A program made the position numbers and the translations under genes. DNA of 64,000 nt from Clostridia bacterium (GTDB taxonomy: Bacteria; Bacillota; Clostridia; RGIG7378): assembly GCA_017559445.1 (NCBI GenBank), contig JAFYSJ010000003.1:1913-65912 (forward strand). The letters run 5' to 3'. Shown piece by piece: positions 8,612-17,754 of this stretch; the stretch's first letter is position 1, and the number at the start of each line of letters is the position of its first letter. The notes under the pieces are model-generated. The model made no database searches. It was not told the DNA's origin and worked only from the letters and a program-made list of their open reading frames with translations.

Positions 8612-9886
8612 ATGAAGATTAAATCAGTTGCAGCATCCTACGATTACGTAATGTCACTTAAGCCACCTAAGGCATTTAAGGCTAAGAGACCTAACCTGTT
8701 CTTTACTTTGCTTAAGAAAACAGTTTCTCTCTTTATGACTGTGCCTTCTAACTTTAAGGTGCAGGAGTTTAACATGGATAAGCTGGATCCCAAGGAGCCA
8801 TGCTTTGTTCTTATGAACCACTCCAGCTTCGTAGACCTTGCAATTGCTGAGAGCATTTTGTTCCCCAGAAGATATAACATCATCGTAACATCCGACGGCT
8901 TTGTTGGTAAGAACTGGCTCATGCGTCAGATTGGATGTATCCCTACACATAAGTATGTAACAGATCCTAAACTTATTTCTCAGATTAGAGGAGTTTTTAA
9001 TAAGCTTAACAGCTCCCTTTTGGTTTACCCAGAGGCAAGCTATAGCTTCGACGGTACATGCACAACATTGCCAGAGAGCCTTGGCGCCATGGTTAAGATG
9101 GCACGTAAGCCTTTGGTAATCGTAACAACACATGGTGCATTCGCTAGAGATCCACTGTACAACAACATTCAGGTTCGTAAGGTAGATATTAATGCAGAGG
9201 TTACATACGCTTTGACACCAGAGCAGCTTAAGGAAATGAGCACTCAGGAAATTAACGAAGTTATCCAGAAGTATTTCTCCTTTGACAACTGGAAGTGGCA
9301 GCAGGAGAACAAGGTTAAGATCGACGTGCCATGGAGAGCAGATTACCTTAACAGAGTTCTCTACAAGTGCCCCAACTGCGGTCACGAGGCTTGCATGGAA
9401 GGTAAGGGTATCAAAGTTACATGCCATGACTGTGGTAAGACATGGACTTTGGACGAGTATGGATATCTTAAGGCAGACGATGGCGTACATATCTTTAACC
9501 ACGTTCCAGACTGGTACAAGTGGGAGAGAGACATGGTTCGCAGAGAGATTTTGGACGGTAAGTACCAATTGGATCTTGATGTAGATATTGCCATGATGGT
9601 AGATACCAAGACTCTTTACAGAGTTGGATCAGGTAGACTTGTCCATAACAGAGATGGCTTCGAGCTTACAGGCTGTGATGGTAAGCTCCATTACACACAA
9701 AAGCCTTTGGCTTCTTACTGTTTGTATTCTGACTTTAACTGGTACGAAATCGGAGATGTTATTAGCATCGGAGACGACAAAGTTTTGTACTACTGCTTCC
9801 CTAAGAACTGTGGCGACGTAGTTGCTAAGGCTAGATTGGCGGCAGAGGAAATGTACAAAATCGTGAAGGCCGAAACTCGCAAGTAA
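8612..9886 (+). CDS. PlsC-like lysophospholipid acyltransferase with C-terminal Cys-rich extension
   Basis: NHSSFVD catalytic motif, YPEASYSFDG block, CPNC/CHDC zinc-ribbon-like pairs. Confidence 0.8.
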   Translation: MKIKSVAASYDYVMSLKPPKAFKAKRPNLFFTLLKKTVSLFMTVPSNFKVQEFNMDKLDPKEPCFVLMNHSSFVDLAIAESILFPRRYNIIVTSDGFVGKNWLMRQIGCIPTHKYVTDPKLISQIRGVFNKLNSSLLVYPEASYSFDGTCTTLPESLGAMVKMARKPLVIVTTHGAFARDPLYNNIQVRKVDINAEVTYALTPEQLKEMSTQEINEVIQKYFSFDNWKWQQENKVKIDVPWRADYLNRVLYKCPNCGHEACMEGKGIKVTCHDCGKTWTLDEYGYLKADDGVHIFNHVPDWYKWERDMVRREILDGKYQLDLDVDIAMMVDTKTLYRVGSGRLVHNRDGFELTGCDGKLHYTQKPLASYCLYSDFNWYEIGDVISIGDDKVLYYCFPKNCGDVVAKARLAAEEMYKIVKAETRK

Positions 9887-9949
9887 CTTTTCTAAAGGGT
9901 GGCAATGTGATATTATTTGCCATATGCCATCTAAACATAGGAGATAGTT

Positions 9950-10684
9950 ATGGATTTTAACAGACTTTCTAGACCACTTGAGTGCCACGTAACTAGAGTG
10001 ACACACAGAGGTCAGACTGCATATTTTATTCACGCAATTGACGACCTGCCAAATGGCTCATCTAGGTCTTATTATTTGATAGACAATAACGGCAAATACT
10101 ATGCCTTCGACAAGGAGGCTACTGCTTTTGCGTTCTGCCGCAGTTTCAAGCATTTGCCAGCATCCCCATATACAGATTACGTTGACACAGCACCAGTGTT
10201 GTCTTGGCTCAATGACAAGAATCCACAGGAACTTTTCTATCACCCAATGGGTATTGCTTTTGCTTTCTGCGAGGCAGTTACAGAGGGATTGGATAAGCTT
10301 AAGGGACAGAAGTATGTAGATGCTTCCATGATTAGCTACATATACTATAACTGTGAACCCGAGTATGTTAGAACAGGTGCTAACCCCTCTCCTGAGTTCA
10401 ACGAATTCCAGGTAAAGTATATTACAGAGACCTTTGAGCATGCAGTAAGGGCCTTTGATAAGATGTTTGATAAGATGAATTTGGATTCCTCCGACACAGA
10501 GGATAATAGACCTAAGGTTCCATCCGACGAGGATATGGCAACAGCTCTTGACCATTGCGAAAAGATTGTGGTTAAGGCAGCCAAGAGACTTAAGTTCGAC
10601 ATGGGATACGAGTATCTTTCTGTTAGAGACATCAAGATGCTCCTTAGCGACTACATTTCAAGGACAGTTCCAGAGGTAGAATAA
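9950..10684 (+). CDS. Hypothetical protein
   Basis: 244-aa ORF, SD AGGAG, host-like codon usage, stop overlaps next start; no motif recognised. Confidence 0.75.
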   Translation: MDFNRLSRPLECHVTRVTHRGQTAYFIHAIDDLPNGSSRSYYLIDNNGKYYAFDKEATAFAFCRSFKHLPASPYTDYVDTAPVLSWLNDKNPQELFYHPMGIAFAFCEAVTEGLDKLKGQKYVDASMISYIYYNCEPEYVRTGANPSPEFNEFQVKYITETFEHAVRAFDKMFDKMNLDSSDTEDNRPKVPSDEDMATALDHCEKIVVKAAKRLKFDMGYEYLSVRDIKMLLSDYISRTVPEVE

Positions 10685-11949
10685 TGAAAGTTTTACTTTA
10701 CAATGATTCTTTCCCACCATTGATTGACGGCGTAGCAAATACAGTCGTTAACTATGGATCCGTTATTACAGAGAAGTATGGCGAGGCTATGGTAGCAGTG
10801 CCAAAGTACCCAGATGCAGACGATTCTCACTACTCATTTCCAGTTTTGAGATATGCAAGTTTGGCTACAGAGAAGCTTGTTGGTTATAGAGCAGGTTTCC
10901 CCTTTGGAGCAGATTCCTTGCGTATTCAGCAGGATTTCAAGCCAGATTTGCTTCACAGCCATTGCCCAGTAGCATCTACTCTTATGGCTAGAGCAGTTCG
11001 TGAGCTCACAAATGTGCCCATGATTTTTACATACCATACTAAGTTCGACATCGACTTTAATAGAGCCATTAAGAACAAGTTTATCAGCGAGCAGTGCATT
11101 AAGCTCATGATTAAGAACATTGAGGCATGTGACGATGTTTGGGCTGTTAATGAAGGCGCAGCAGAGAACCTTAAGAGCTTAGGTTATAAGGGCGAAGTTA
11201 CCATTATGAAAAATGGTGTAGACATCGACAGAACTCCAGTTTCTGAGGAGGCTATTCGCAACATTAATACACAGTGGAACTTGCCAGACAACGTGCCAGT
11301 ATTCCTCTTTGTAGGTAGAGTTATGTGGTACAAGGGTCTTAAGATTATTTTGGATGGTCTTAAGGGTATAGCCGAGAAGGGTCTTGACTTCCGCATGGTA
11401 TTTGTGGGAGACGGTGATAACAGAGCAGATGTTATGAAGTATTCACATGAGCTCGGCTTGATCGACAAGTGCATTTTCCCAGGCATTATTCAGGATAGAG
11501 CAGTGCTTAAGGCATGGTACACCAGAGCAGATGTATTCTTGCTTCCTTCCGTATTCGATAACAACCCATTGGTAGTTAAGGAAGCTGCAGCTTGCGGTAC
11601 TCCCAGCGTTCTCATTGAAAACAGTAGCTCCGCAGATGGTGTTACAGATGGATATAACGGTGTGCTTATTCCAGAGGATTCCAACGCTATGACAGAGGCT
11701 CTCATGAGATTTTACAATGATCCCGAAATGGCCAAGAGAGTTGGATATGCGGCATCCCAGACACTTTATTGTTCATGGGAAGATTCCATTGCAAAGGCAT
11801 ACGACAGATATAACTATATCTTGGATTTGCACAAGAGAGGCGAGCTCGTTAAGCCTAAGGCTAGCATGGATGGTATGATTTCCATGGCAGTTGAATGCTA
11901 CAAGGGAATCGACAAAGTAAAGAGTATTTATAGGGACGACACAGTATAA
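10684..11949 (+). CDS. GT4 glycosyltransferase (diacylglycerol glycosyltransferase-like)
   Basis: DSFPPLIDGVA, HSHCP, TYHT, FLFVGR, EAAACGTP. Confidence 0.85.
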   Translation: MKVLLYNDSFPPLIDGVANTVVNYGSVITEKYGEAMVAVPKYPDADDSHYSFPVLRYASLATEKLVGYRAGFPFGADSLRIQQDFKPDLLHSHCPVASTLMARAVRELTNVPMIFTYHTKFDIDFNRAIKNKFISEQCIKLMIKNIEACDDVWAVNEGAAENLKSLGYKGEVTIMKNGVDIDRTPVSEEAIRNINTQWNLPDNVPVFLFVGRVMWYKGLKIILDGLKGIAEKGLDFRMVFVGDGDNRADVMKYSHELGLIDKCIFPGIIQDRAVLKAWYTRADVFLLPSVFDNNPLVVKEAAACGTPSVLIENSSSADGVTDGYNGVLIPEDSNAMTEALMRFYNDPEMAKRVGYAASQTLYCSWEDSIAKAYDRYNYILDLHKRGELVKPKASMDGMISMAVECYKGIDKVKSIYRDDTV

Positions 11950-12449
11950 TGAATCTGAGTCAAAGACAAGTTGAAAATAGAGTAGTTGAACTTTTGATCT
12001 ACAAGGGATGGCAGGTGGCTTTTGCCGAATCATGCACAGGCGGATTGGCAGCGGCTAGAATCGTGGATGTTCCAAATGCGTCTAAGGTTCTCAGCGCATC
12101 CTTTGTCACATATTCTCCAGAGGCAAAGCAGCAGTTCGTAGGAGTTATGCCAGGAACTATTGAGGAATTTGGCATAGTAAGCGAGCAGGTTGCATTGCAG
12201 ATGGCAGTTGGAGCAGCAAAGGCAGCTGGTGCCCAGGTTGGCGTTGGCATAACAGGCATTGCTGGACCTGAGGGAGGCACTGAAAAGATACCAGTTGGTA
12301 CTGTTTGTGTAGGTATTTGTGCAGGCAACAATATTAGGTCATTTACAATTCACTGTGGTGATATGTGCAAGACACGCAACGAGGTGAGACAGTTCGCTGT
12401 AGATGCTGTCATGGGATACTTGGAGCAGACGATTAAAATTAGCTTTTAG
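11949..12449 (+). CDS. pncC: CinA C-terminal domain / NMN deamidase
   Basis: AESCTGG, AVGA, GITGIAGP, VGTVCVG. Confidence 0.88.
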   Translation: MNLSQRQVENRVVELLIYKGWQVAFAESCTGGLAAARIVDVPNASKVLSASFVTYSPEAKQQFVGVMPGTIEEFGIVSEQVALQMAVGAAKAAGAQVGVGITGIAGPEGGTEKIPVGTVCVGICAGNNIRSFTIHCGDMCKTRNEVRQFAVDAVMGYLEQTIKISF

Positions 12450-12494
12450 TGAACCGGCTGCACCTCGTGAAATGTGCTGTATACGTGAAAAATG

Positions 12495-12535
12495 AGTGCT
12501 TAATTGATGGAAAACCATTGATTAGGCACTTTTTT
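12495..12535 (+). terminator. Intrinsic terminator
   Basis: AGTGCTTAATTGATGG-aaaa-CCATTGATTAGGCACT stem (three G-U pairs) followed by a T run. Confidence 0.75.
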
Positions 12536-12628
12536 GTTGGACAAATTTCGACAGTAATCGAAAAATAGTGTTTAATGGCTGAATAGTGAAAGAAGAAAAA
12601 CGAAAATCAGATTGTAAACAGGGCTTCC

Positions 12629-12780
12629 GGCTCACTAACGAGCTTTGCTCGTGGCCTACTAGCCGAAGGCGGCCACTAGCGAATGCAATGAGCGGCCACT
12701 AGCGCAGCGGTCACTAGCAACGCAGTTGCGGCTCACTAACGAGCTTTGCTCGTGGCCTACTAGCCGAAGGCGGCCACTAG
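12629..12780 (+). repeat. Modular linker/GNA-hairpin array 1
   Basis: 8 linkers GGYY(Y)ACTA alternating with 7 mini-hairpins; includes a 52-bp direct repeat (12628-12679 and 12729-12780). Confidence 0.92.
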
Positions 12781-12800
12781 AGAATGCGTCACACTAATGC

Positions 12801-12829
12801 TTTACGCTTTCCCTTATAGGTGTTAAAAT
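12801..12829 (+). promoter_or_regulatory. Putative sigmaA promoter of trpS
   Basis: TTTACG-17 bp-TAAAAT with TG extended -10, 32 nt before the trpS ATG. Confidence 0.55.
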
Positions 12830-12861
12830 AACTGGATAGATTATATAAGGACGGTACTAAT

Positions 12862-13842
12862 ATGGCTGGCACAATTTTAAGCGGCATGAGACCTACAGGT
12901 AGACTTCACCTGGGTAATTATTTTGGAGCATTAGAGAACTGGGTAAGACTCCAGGATCAGTATAATTGTTATTTCTTCGTAGCAGATTGGCACGCCCTTA
13001 CAACAGGATATGATTCCACAGAGGTTATTATACCTAACACATATGAGATGGTAGCAGATTTCTTGGCAGCAGGACTTGATCCAGAGAAGTGCGCTATTTT
13101 CCGCCAGTCTGATGTTAAGGAGCATGCAGAGCTTCACTTGCTCATGTCCATGATTACTCCCTTGTCTTGGCTTGAGCGTTGTCCCACATACAAGGATATG
13201 ATTCAGCAGCTTAGCAACAAGGATATCAATTCCTATGGCTTCCTTGGCTATCCCGCACTTATGTCCTGCGATATTTTGATGTACAAGGCAGATGCAGTTC
13301 CAGTAGGAGAGGATCAGCTTCCTCACCTTGAGTTTACAAGAGAGATGGTTAGAAGATTTAACCACCTTTATGGACCTGTTTTCCCAGAGCCAAAGGCACT
13401 TATGACAGAGGCAAAGGTTCTTCCTGGTACAGATGGACGTAAGATGTCTAAGAGCTACAATAATACAATTGCTTTGGCAGATGATCCAGATACAGTACGC
13501 ACTAAGGTTATGTCCATGATTACAGACGCTTCCCGTATTAAGAAGACAGATCCAGGACATCCTGACATTTGCTCTGTTTACGCATATCACAAGGTGTTCA
13601 ATCCTGAGCAGGTTCCAGAGATTACTGAGCAGTGCAAGGGTGGATGCATCGGTTGCGTACAGTGCAAGAAGGCATTAGCAGCAAAGATTTCTGAGTACCT
13701 TACACCTATCTACGAGCGCAGACAGGCTATCGTAGCAGACAAGGGTTATATTGATGATGTTTTGGAGGCAGGCAGAATTAAGGCAGCAGCTAGGGCAGCA
13801 GCTACTATGGACGACGTTCGTTCTGCAATGCATTTTAAGTAA
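12862..13842 (+). CDS. trpS: Tryptophanyl-tRNA synthetase
   Basis: SGMRPTGRLHLGNY, VPVGEDQ, KMSKS. Confidence 0.97.
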   Translation: MAGTILSGMRPTGRLHLGNYFGALENWVRLQDQYNCYFFVADWHALTTGYDSTEVIIPNTYEMVADFLAAGLDPEKCAIFRQSDVKEHAELHLLMSMITPLSWLERCPTYKDMIQQLSNKDINSYGFLGYPALMSCDILMYKADAVPVGEDQLPHLEFTREMVRRFNHLYGPVFPEPKALMTEAKVLPGTDGRKMSKSYNNTIALADDPDTVRTKVMSMITDASRIKKTDPGHPDICSVYAYHKVFNPEQVPEITEQCKGGCIGCVQCKKALAAKISEYLTPIYERRQAIVADKGYIDDVLEAGRIKAAARAAATMDDVRSAMHFK

Positions 13843-13845
13843 AGT

Positions 13846-14640
13846 ATGGCTATCGGTGATAACATTCAATGGGAATTGCAACCAATTAGACTAGAGGACT
13901 TTGAGGGTCCCCTAGATCTTTTGTTGTACTTAATTGAGCGCAGCAAGATTGATATTAAGGATATTCCGATTGCAGCTATCACAGACCAGTACATGTCTTA
14001 CCTCTACAGAGCAGAGAGCTTTGACGTAGAGGAGGCATCTTCCTTCATCGTGGTTGCAGCATACCTTATGCAGCTTAAGACCAAGATGATGCTCCCAGTT
14101 CCTAAGCAGGAAGAGGAGGGAGATCCAAGAGAAGAATTGGCTCGCAGTTTGGAGATGTACAAGAGAGTGCGCCAGGTTTCCCTTATGTTCAGGGAGAGAG
14201 AGGCAGCATACGGCGGCACAAGGGGTAAGGCACCAGAGCCATTGCCATCTAGAATTGATTTCTCCAATGATGACATCAAGGTCAAGGAGTTCATTGCTGC
14301 ATACGAGGCAGTTATTCGTCGTAGACAGTGGAGACTTGAAATTGAGAGCAAGCCAGTTCCTAGAGTTGTCAAAAAGGAGCGAGTACCCATTAAGCGCGTA
14401 CTTAACTCCATTGCAGGTAAGCTTAAGGCTAAGGGCGAATTCGTATTTAACCAGGAGTTTGATCCAACTGCAGAGGACAAGTCCGAGGTAGTAGCAGCAT
14501 TCATGGCAGTGTTAGAGCTTTCTAGAATGCAGCAGGTTAAGCTTAAGCAAAACAAGTTGTTCGGAGATATTAACGTACATGCAGTTAAGGACGAAATCGA
14601 TTTGTCCGGTGCAGGTACAGGATTTGGAGAGGAGACCTAA
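13846..14640 (+). CDS. scpA: Segregation and condensation protein A
   Basis: FEGPLDLLLYLI; FMAVLEL; followed by scpB. Confidence 0.95.
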   Translation: MAIGDNIQWELQPIRLEDFEGPLDLLLYLIERSKIDIKDIPIAAITDQYMSYLYRAESFDVEEASSFIVVAAYLMQLKTKMMLPVPKQEEEGDPREELARSLEMYKRVRQVSLMFREREAAYGGTRGKAPEPLPSRIDFSNDDIKVKEFIAAYEAVIRRRQWRLEIESKPVPRVVKKERVPIKRVLNSIAGKLKAKGEFVFNQEFDPTAEDKSEVVAAFMAVLELSRMQQVKLKQNKLFGDINVHAVKDEIDLSGAGTGFGEET

Positions 14641-14641
14641 A

Positions 14642-15307
14642 ATGAGCAAAATACTGGATGACCAGATAACACCAGCATACGGCACCGATAGAGTTTCCAG
14701 CGGTAAGTCCATGGAGCAGATAAAGGGTATTGTTGAGGCATTGCTCTTTACTGCTGGTGAGCCCGTATCCATTAATCGTTTGGCAGATACAATTCAGGCA
14801 GACATTGCTCAGATTGAGGATGCCGGACTTCAGTTACAGTTAGATTATTCAGGAGATAGCAGAGGCCTTAGGGTTATTCGCATTAACAATGCATTCCAGA
14901 TGGTTACAGATTCTGCTATGTTTGATTACATTTGTCAGTTGGCTGAGATCGAAAAGAGACAGCAGCTGTCACAGGCAGCATATGAGGTTTTGTCCATCGT
15001 TGCATACAAGCAGCCAGTTATTAGAGCTGTTATCGAGAAGATTCGTGGTGTAGGCAGCGACAGCTCCATTGCAAAGCTTATGGAGAGAGGACTTATTTAC
15101 GAGTCCGGCAGATTGGATATTCCAGGACGCCCCATTACATATTCCACAACAGACGAATTCCTTCGTTGCATGGGATATAGCTCCTTGGCAGATTTGCCAC
15201 CATTCCCAGACACAGAGGAGGATACAGGAGAGCAGATGTCTTTGTCTGACGAAATGTTCTCTGATGTTCAGTTGGAACAGCCTACAGAGCTACCTAAATT
15301 AGATTAA
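14642..15307 (+). CDS. scpB: Segregation and condensation protein B
   Basis: VEALLFTAGEP, LSQAAYEVLSIVAYKQPV, PGRPITYSTT. Confidence 0.94.
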   Translation: MSKILDDQITPAYGTDRVSSGKSMEQIKGIVEALLFTAGEPVSINRLADTIQADIAQIEDAGLQLQLDYSGDSRGLRVIRINNAFQMVTDSAMFDYICQLAEIEKRQQLSQAAYEVLSIVAYKQPVIRAVIEKIRGVGSDSSIAKLMERGLIYESGRLDIPGRPITYSTTDEFLRCMGYSSLADLPPFPDTEEDTGEQMSLSDEMFSDVQLEQPTELPKLD

Positions 15308-15314
15308 TACGTAT

Positions 15315-17732
15315 ATGAATCAGCGTACACTTAAGGCATTAGAATTTGATAAGATAACCAACATTTTGGCCGGCTACGGAGTAACTCCAGTCGGCATTGA
15401 GTTGTGTCAGGAGATTGTGCCTTCCACAGATTACCAGCAGGTGCAGAGCATGTTGGCCGAGACAGAAAGTGCTGTGCAGTTTGTGATTAAGTGCGGTAAT
15501 CCACCACTTTTCCCACTTAAGGATATTCGTTCCACTCTTGCAAGACTTGCCAAGGATGGCCTTATGAGTTCCTGGGATCTTTTGGGAATCGCAGAAACTT
15601 TGAGACTTTCTCGCCAGTTGGTATCTTACTGTGCCGACTCCAAGGACAGGAGAAATCTTCCCGTAGAGGAGGATGCAGTAGATCCTGTCGAGGAGATGAT
15701 TTCAACACTTTTCGTGGACAAAAAGTTAGAAAATGCAATTTCCTCCGCCATTATCGGAGAGAATGAGTTTGCAGACGATGCATCTCCAGAGCTCTATTCC
15801 ATTAGACGCAAGATTGTGGATTTGCAAACAGGCATTAGAGATAAACTTAACGAGCTTATTCGCTCATCTAAATATTCCAAGTACATGCAGGATACACTTA
15901 TCTCCATGAGAGGAGATAGATATGTTGTGCCTGTAAAAGCAGAGAACAAAAACGAAATTCCAGGCATTGTTCATGACACATCTTCCAGTGGTGCTACAGT
16001 ATTTATTGAGCCCATGGCAGTTGTGGAGGCAGACAACAAGATTCGCGAGCTTCGAATTAAGGAGCAGCTTGAGATCGAGCGCATTTTAGCCCAGTTAACA
16101 TCCATGGCCTTTGGTTCTTTGACAGGCCTCATGTTGGACGTTGAGGTTTTAGCTCATATTGACTTTGTTTTTGCTAAGGCAAAGTTTGCATTGGACTATG
16201 AGTGTGCCACACCAGTTCTCAATGATAAGGGAATTATCGACATTCGCAGAGGTAGACACCCTCTTATTCCTAGGGACAGAGTTGTACCAATTGACTGTTA
16301 TTTAGGTGAAAAATTCAGAGTATTAGTTATTACAGGTCCCAACACAGGTGGTAAGACAGTTTCTCTTAAGACTGTTGGACTTATGCAGCTTATGACTCAG
16401 GCTGGTTTGCAGATTCCTGCGTCTCACCAGAGTAGAATGTCTGTGTTCGATACTATTTTTGCAGATATTGGAGATGAGCAGAGCATTGAACAAAACTTGT
16501 CCACCTTCTCTGCACATATGACAAATATTGTAGATATCCTTACTTCCATCGAAGGCAGGACATTGGTGCTTTTGGACGAGCTTGGTTCAGGTACAGACCC
16601 GACAGAGGGTGCAGGCTTGGCCATGTCCATTTTGGAGCATCTTAACAAAATTGGCGTTATTTGTATGGCAACTACTCATTACAGTGAGCTTAAGGTTTTT
16701 GCCTCCACAACTCCAGGAATTGAGAACGGATGTTGCGAATTTGACGTCAAAACATTACAGCCAGTATATAAGCTACTGATCGGAATTCCTGGCAAATCAA
16801 ACGCATTTGCTATTTCATCCAGATTGGGACTTTGGGACTTCCTTATTCAGAGAGCTAAGGAAATGGTTACTCAGGATGAACTTAAGTTCGAAGACATGCT
16901 TGTTAGCATCGAGCAGAATAGACAGGAAGCAGAGGAAGACAGAACTCGCGCAGCTCAGATGCTCCAAGAGGCAGAGACTCGCATGGCTCAACTTGAGAGG
17001 GAGATCGGCCAGCTTGAAAATCGTAGAGATACTATTATTGCAGATGCCAAGGCAGATGCACGTAAGATTGTATCTAGAGCTAAGGACGAAATGAGTGACA
17101 TTTTGGATGAGACTCGTAAGCTGTATGAGGATTACCGCAATCAGGACTTTGGCAAGGCCCAGGAGGCACTTAGAGCCAAGGTTAGAGAGCAGGAGGGTCA
17201 CATTAGCGAAGCTGGTGACTATTCTCCAGTAGATACAGGCACAGCTCCAGATCCATCCACACTTAAGGTGGGTCAGACAGTTAAGTTGGCAACACTTAAT
17301 CAGATGGCTCTTATTGAATCTTTGCCTAACAAAAATGGTCAGGTTCAGGTGCGAATCGGTTCCCTTAAGACCATGGCAAAGGTTGCAGATTTGAGAGTGG
17401 TAGACCAGCCTAAAAAGGTAGCTCCACAAAAAACTGTGAGAACACCTAAGGTTGCGCCACAGCCTGCAAGGTCCATGAAGGCAGCTACAACAGATGCCAG
17501 AATCGACATCCGCGGCGAAATGGTACTAGATGGCATTGAACGTTTGGATAAGTATTTGGACGATGCCCTTATGGCAGGCCTTGGTTCCGTAACAGTAGTT
17601 CACGGTAAGGGTACAGGTGCTTTAAGGAGCGGAATTCATGACTTCCTCAGAAGGCATCCTAGAGTTAAGAGCTTTAGACTTGGTGTTGCAGGTGAGGGAG
17701 ACACAGGCGTAACTATTGTAGAATTGAAATAA
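15315..17732 (+). CDS. mutS2: Endonuclease MutS2
   Basis: ITGPNTGGKT, IGDEQSIEQNLSTFS, C-terminal Smr domain (HGKGTG). Confidence 0.96.
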   Translation: MNQRTLKALEFDKITNILAGYGVTPVGIELCQEIVPSTDYQQVQSMLAETESAVQFVIKCGNPPLFPLKDIRSTLARLAKDGLMSSWDLLGIAETLRLSRQLVSYCADSKDRRNLPVEEDAVDPVEEMISTLFVDKKLENAISSAIIGENEFADDASPELYSIRRKIVDLQTGIRDKLNELIRSSKYSKYMQDTLISMRGDRYVVPVKAENKNEIPGIVHDTSSSGATVFIEPMAVVEADNKIRELRIKEQLEIERILAQLTSMAFGSLTGLMLDVEVLAHIDFVFAKAKFALDYECATPVLNDKGIIDIRRGRHPLIPRDRVVPIDCYLGEKFRVLVITGPNTGGKTVSLKTVGLMQLMTQAGLQIPASHQSRMSVFDTIFADIGDEQSIEQNLSTFSAHMTNIVDILTSIEGRTLVLLDELGSGTDPTEGAGLAMSILEHLNKIGVICMATTHYSELKVFASTTPGIENGCCEFDVKTLQPVYKLLIGIPGKSNAFAISSRLGLWDFLIQRAKEMVTQDELKFEDMLVSIEQNRQEAEEDRTRAAQMLQEAETRMAQLEREIGQLENRRDTIIADAKADARKIVSRAKDEMSDILDETRKLYEDYRNQDFGKAQEALRAKVREQEGHISEAGDYSPVDTGTAPDPSTLKVGQTVKLATLNQMALIESLPNKNGQVQVRIGSLKTMAKVADLRVVDQPKKVAPQKTVRTPKVAPQPARSMKAATTDARIDIRGEMVLDGIERLDKYLDDALMAGLGSVTVVHGKGTGALRSGIHDFLRRHPRVKSFRLGVAGEGDTGVTIVELK

Positions 17733-17754
17733 TATTAGAATTTGGAGAATCAAA

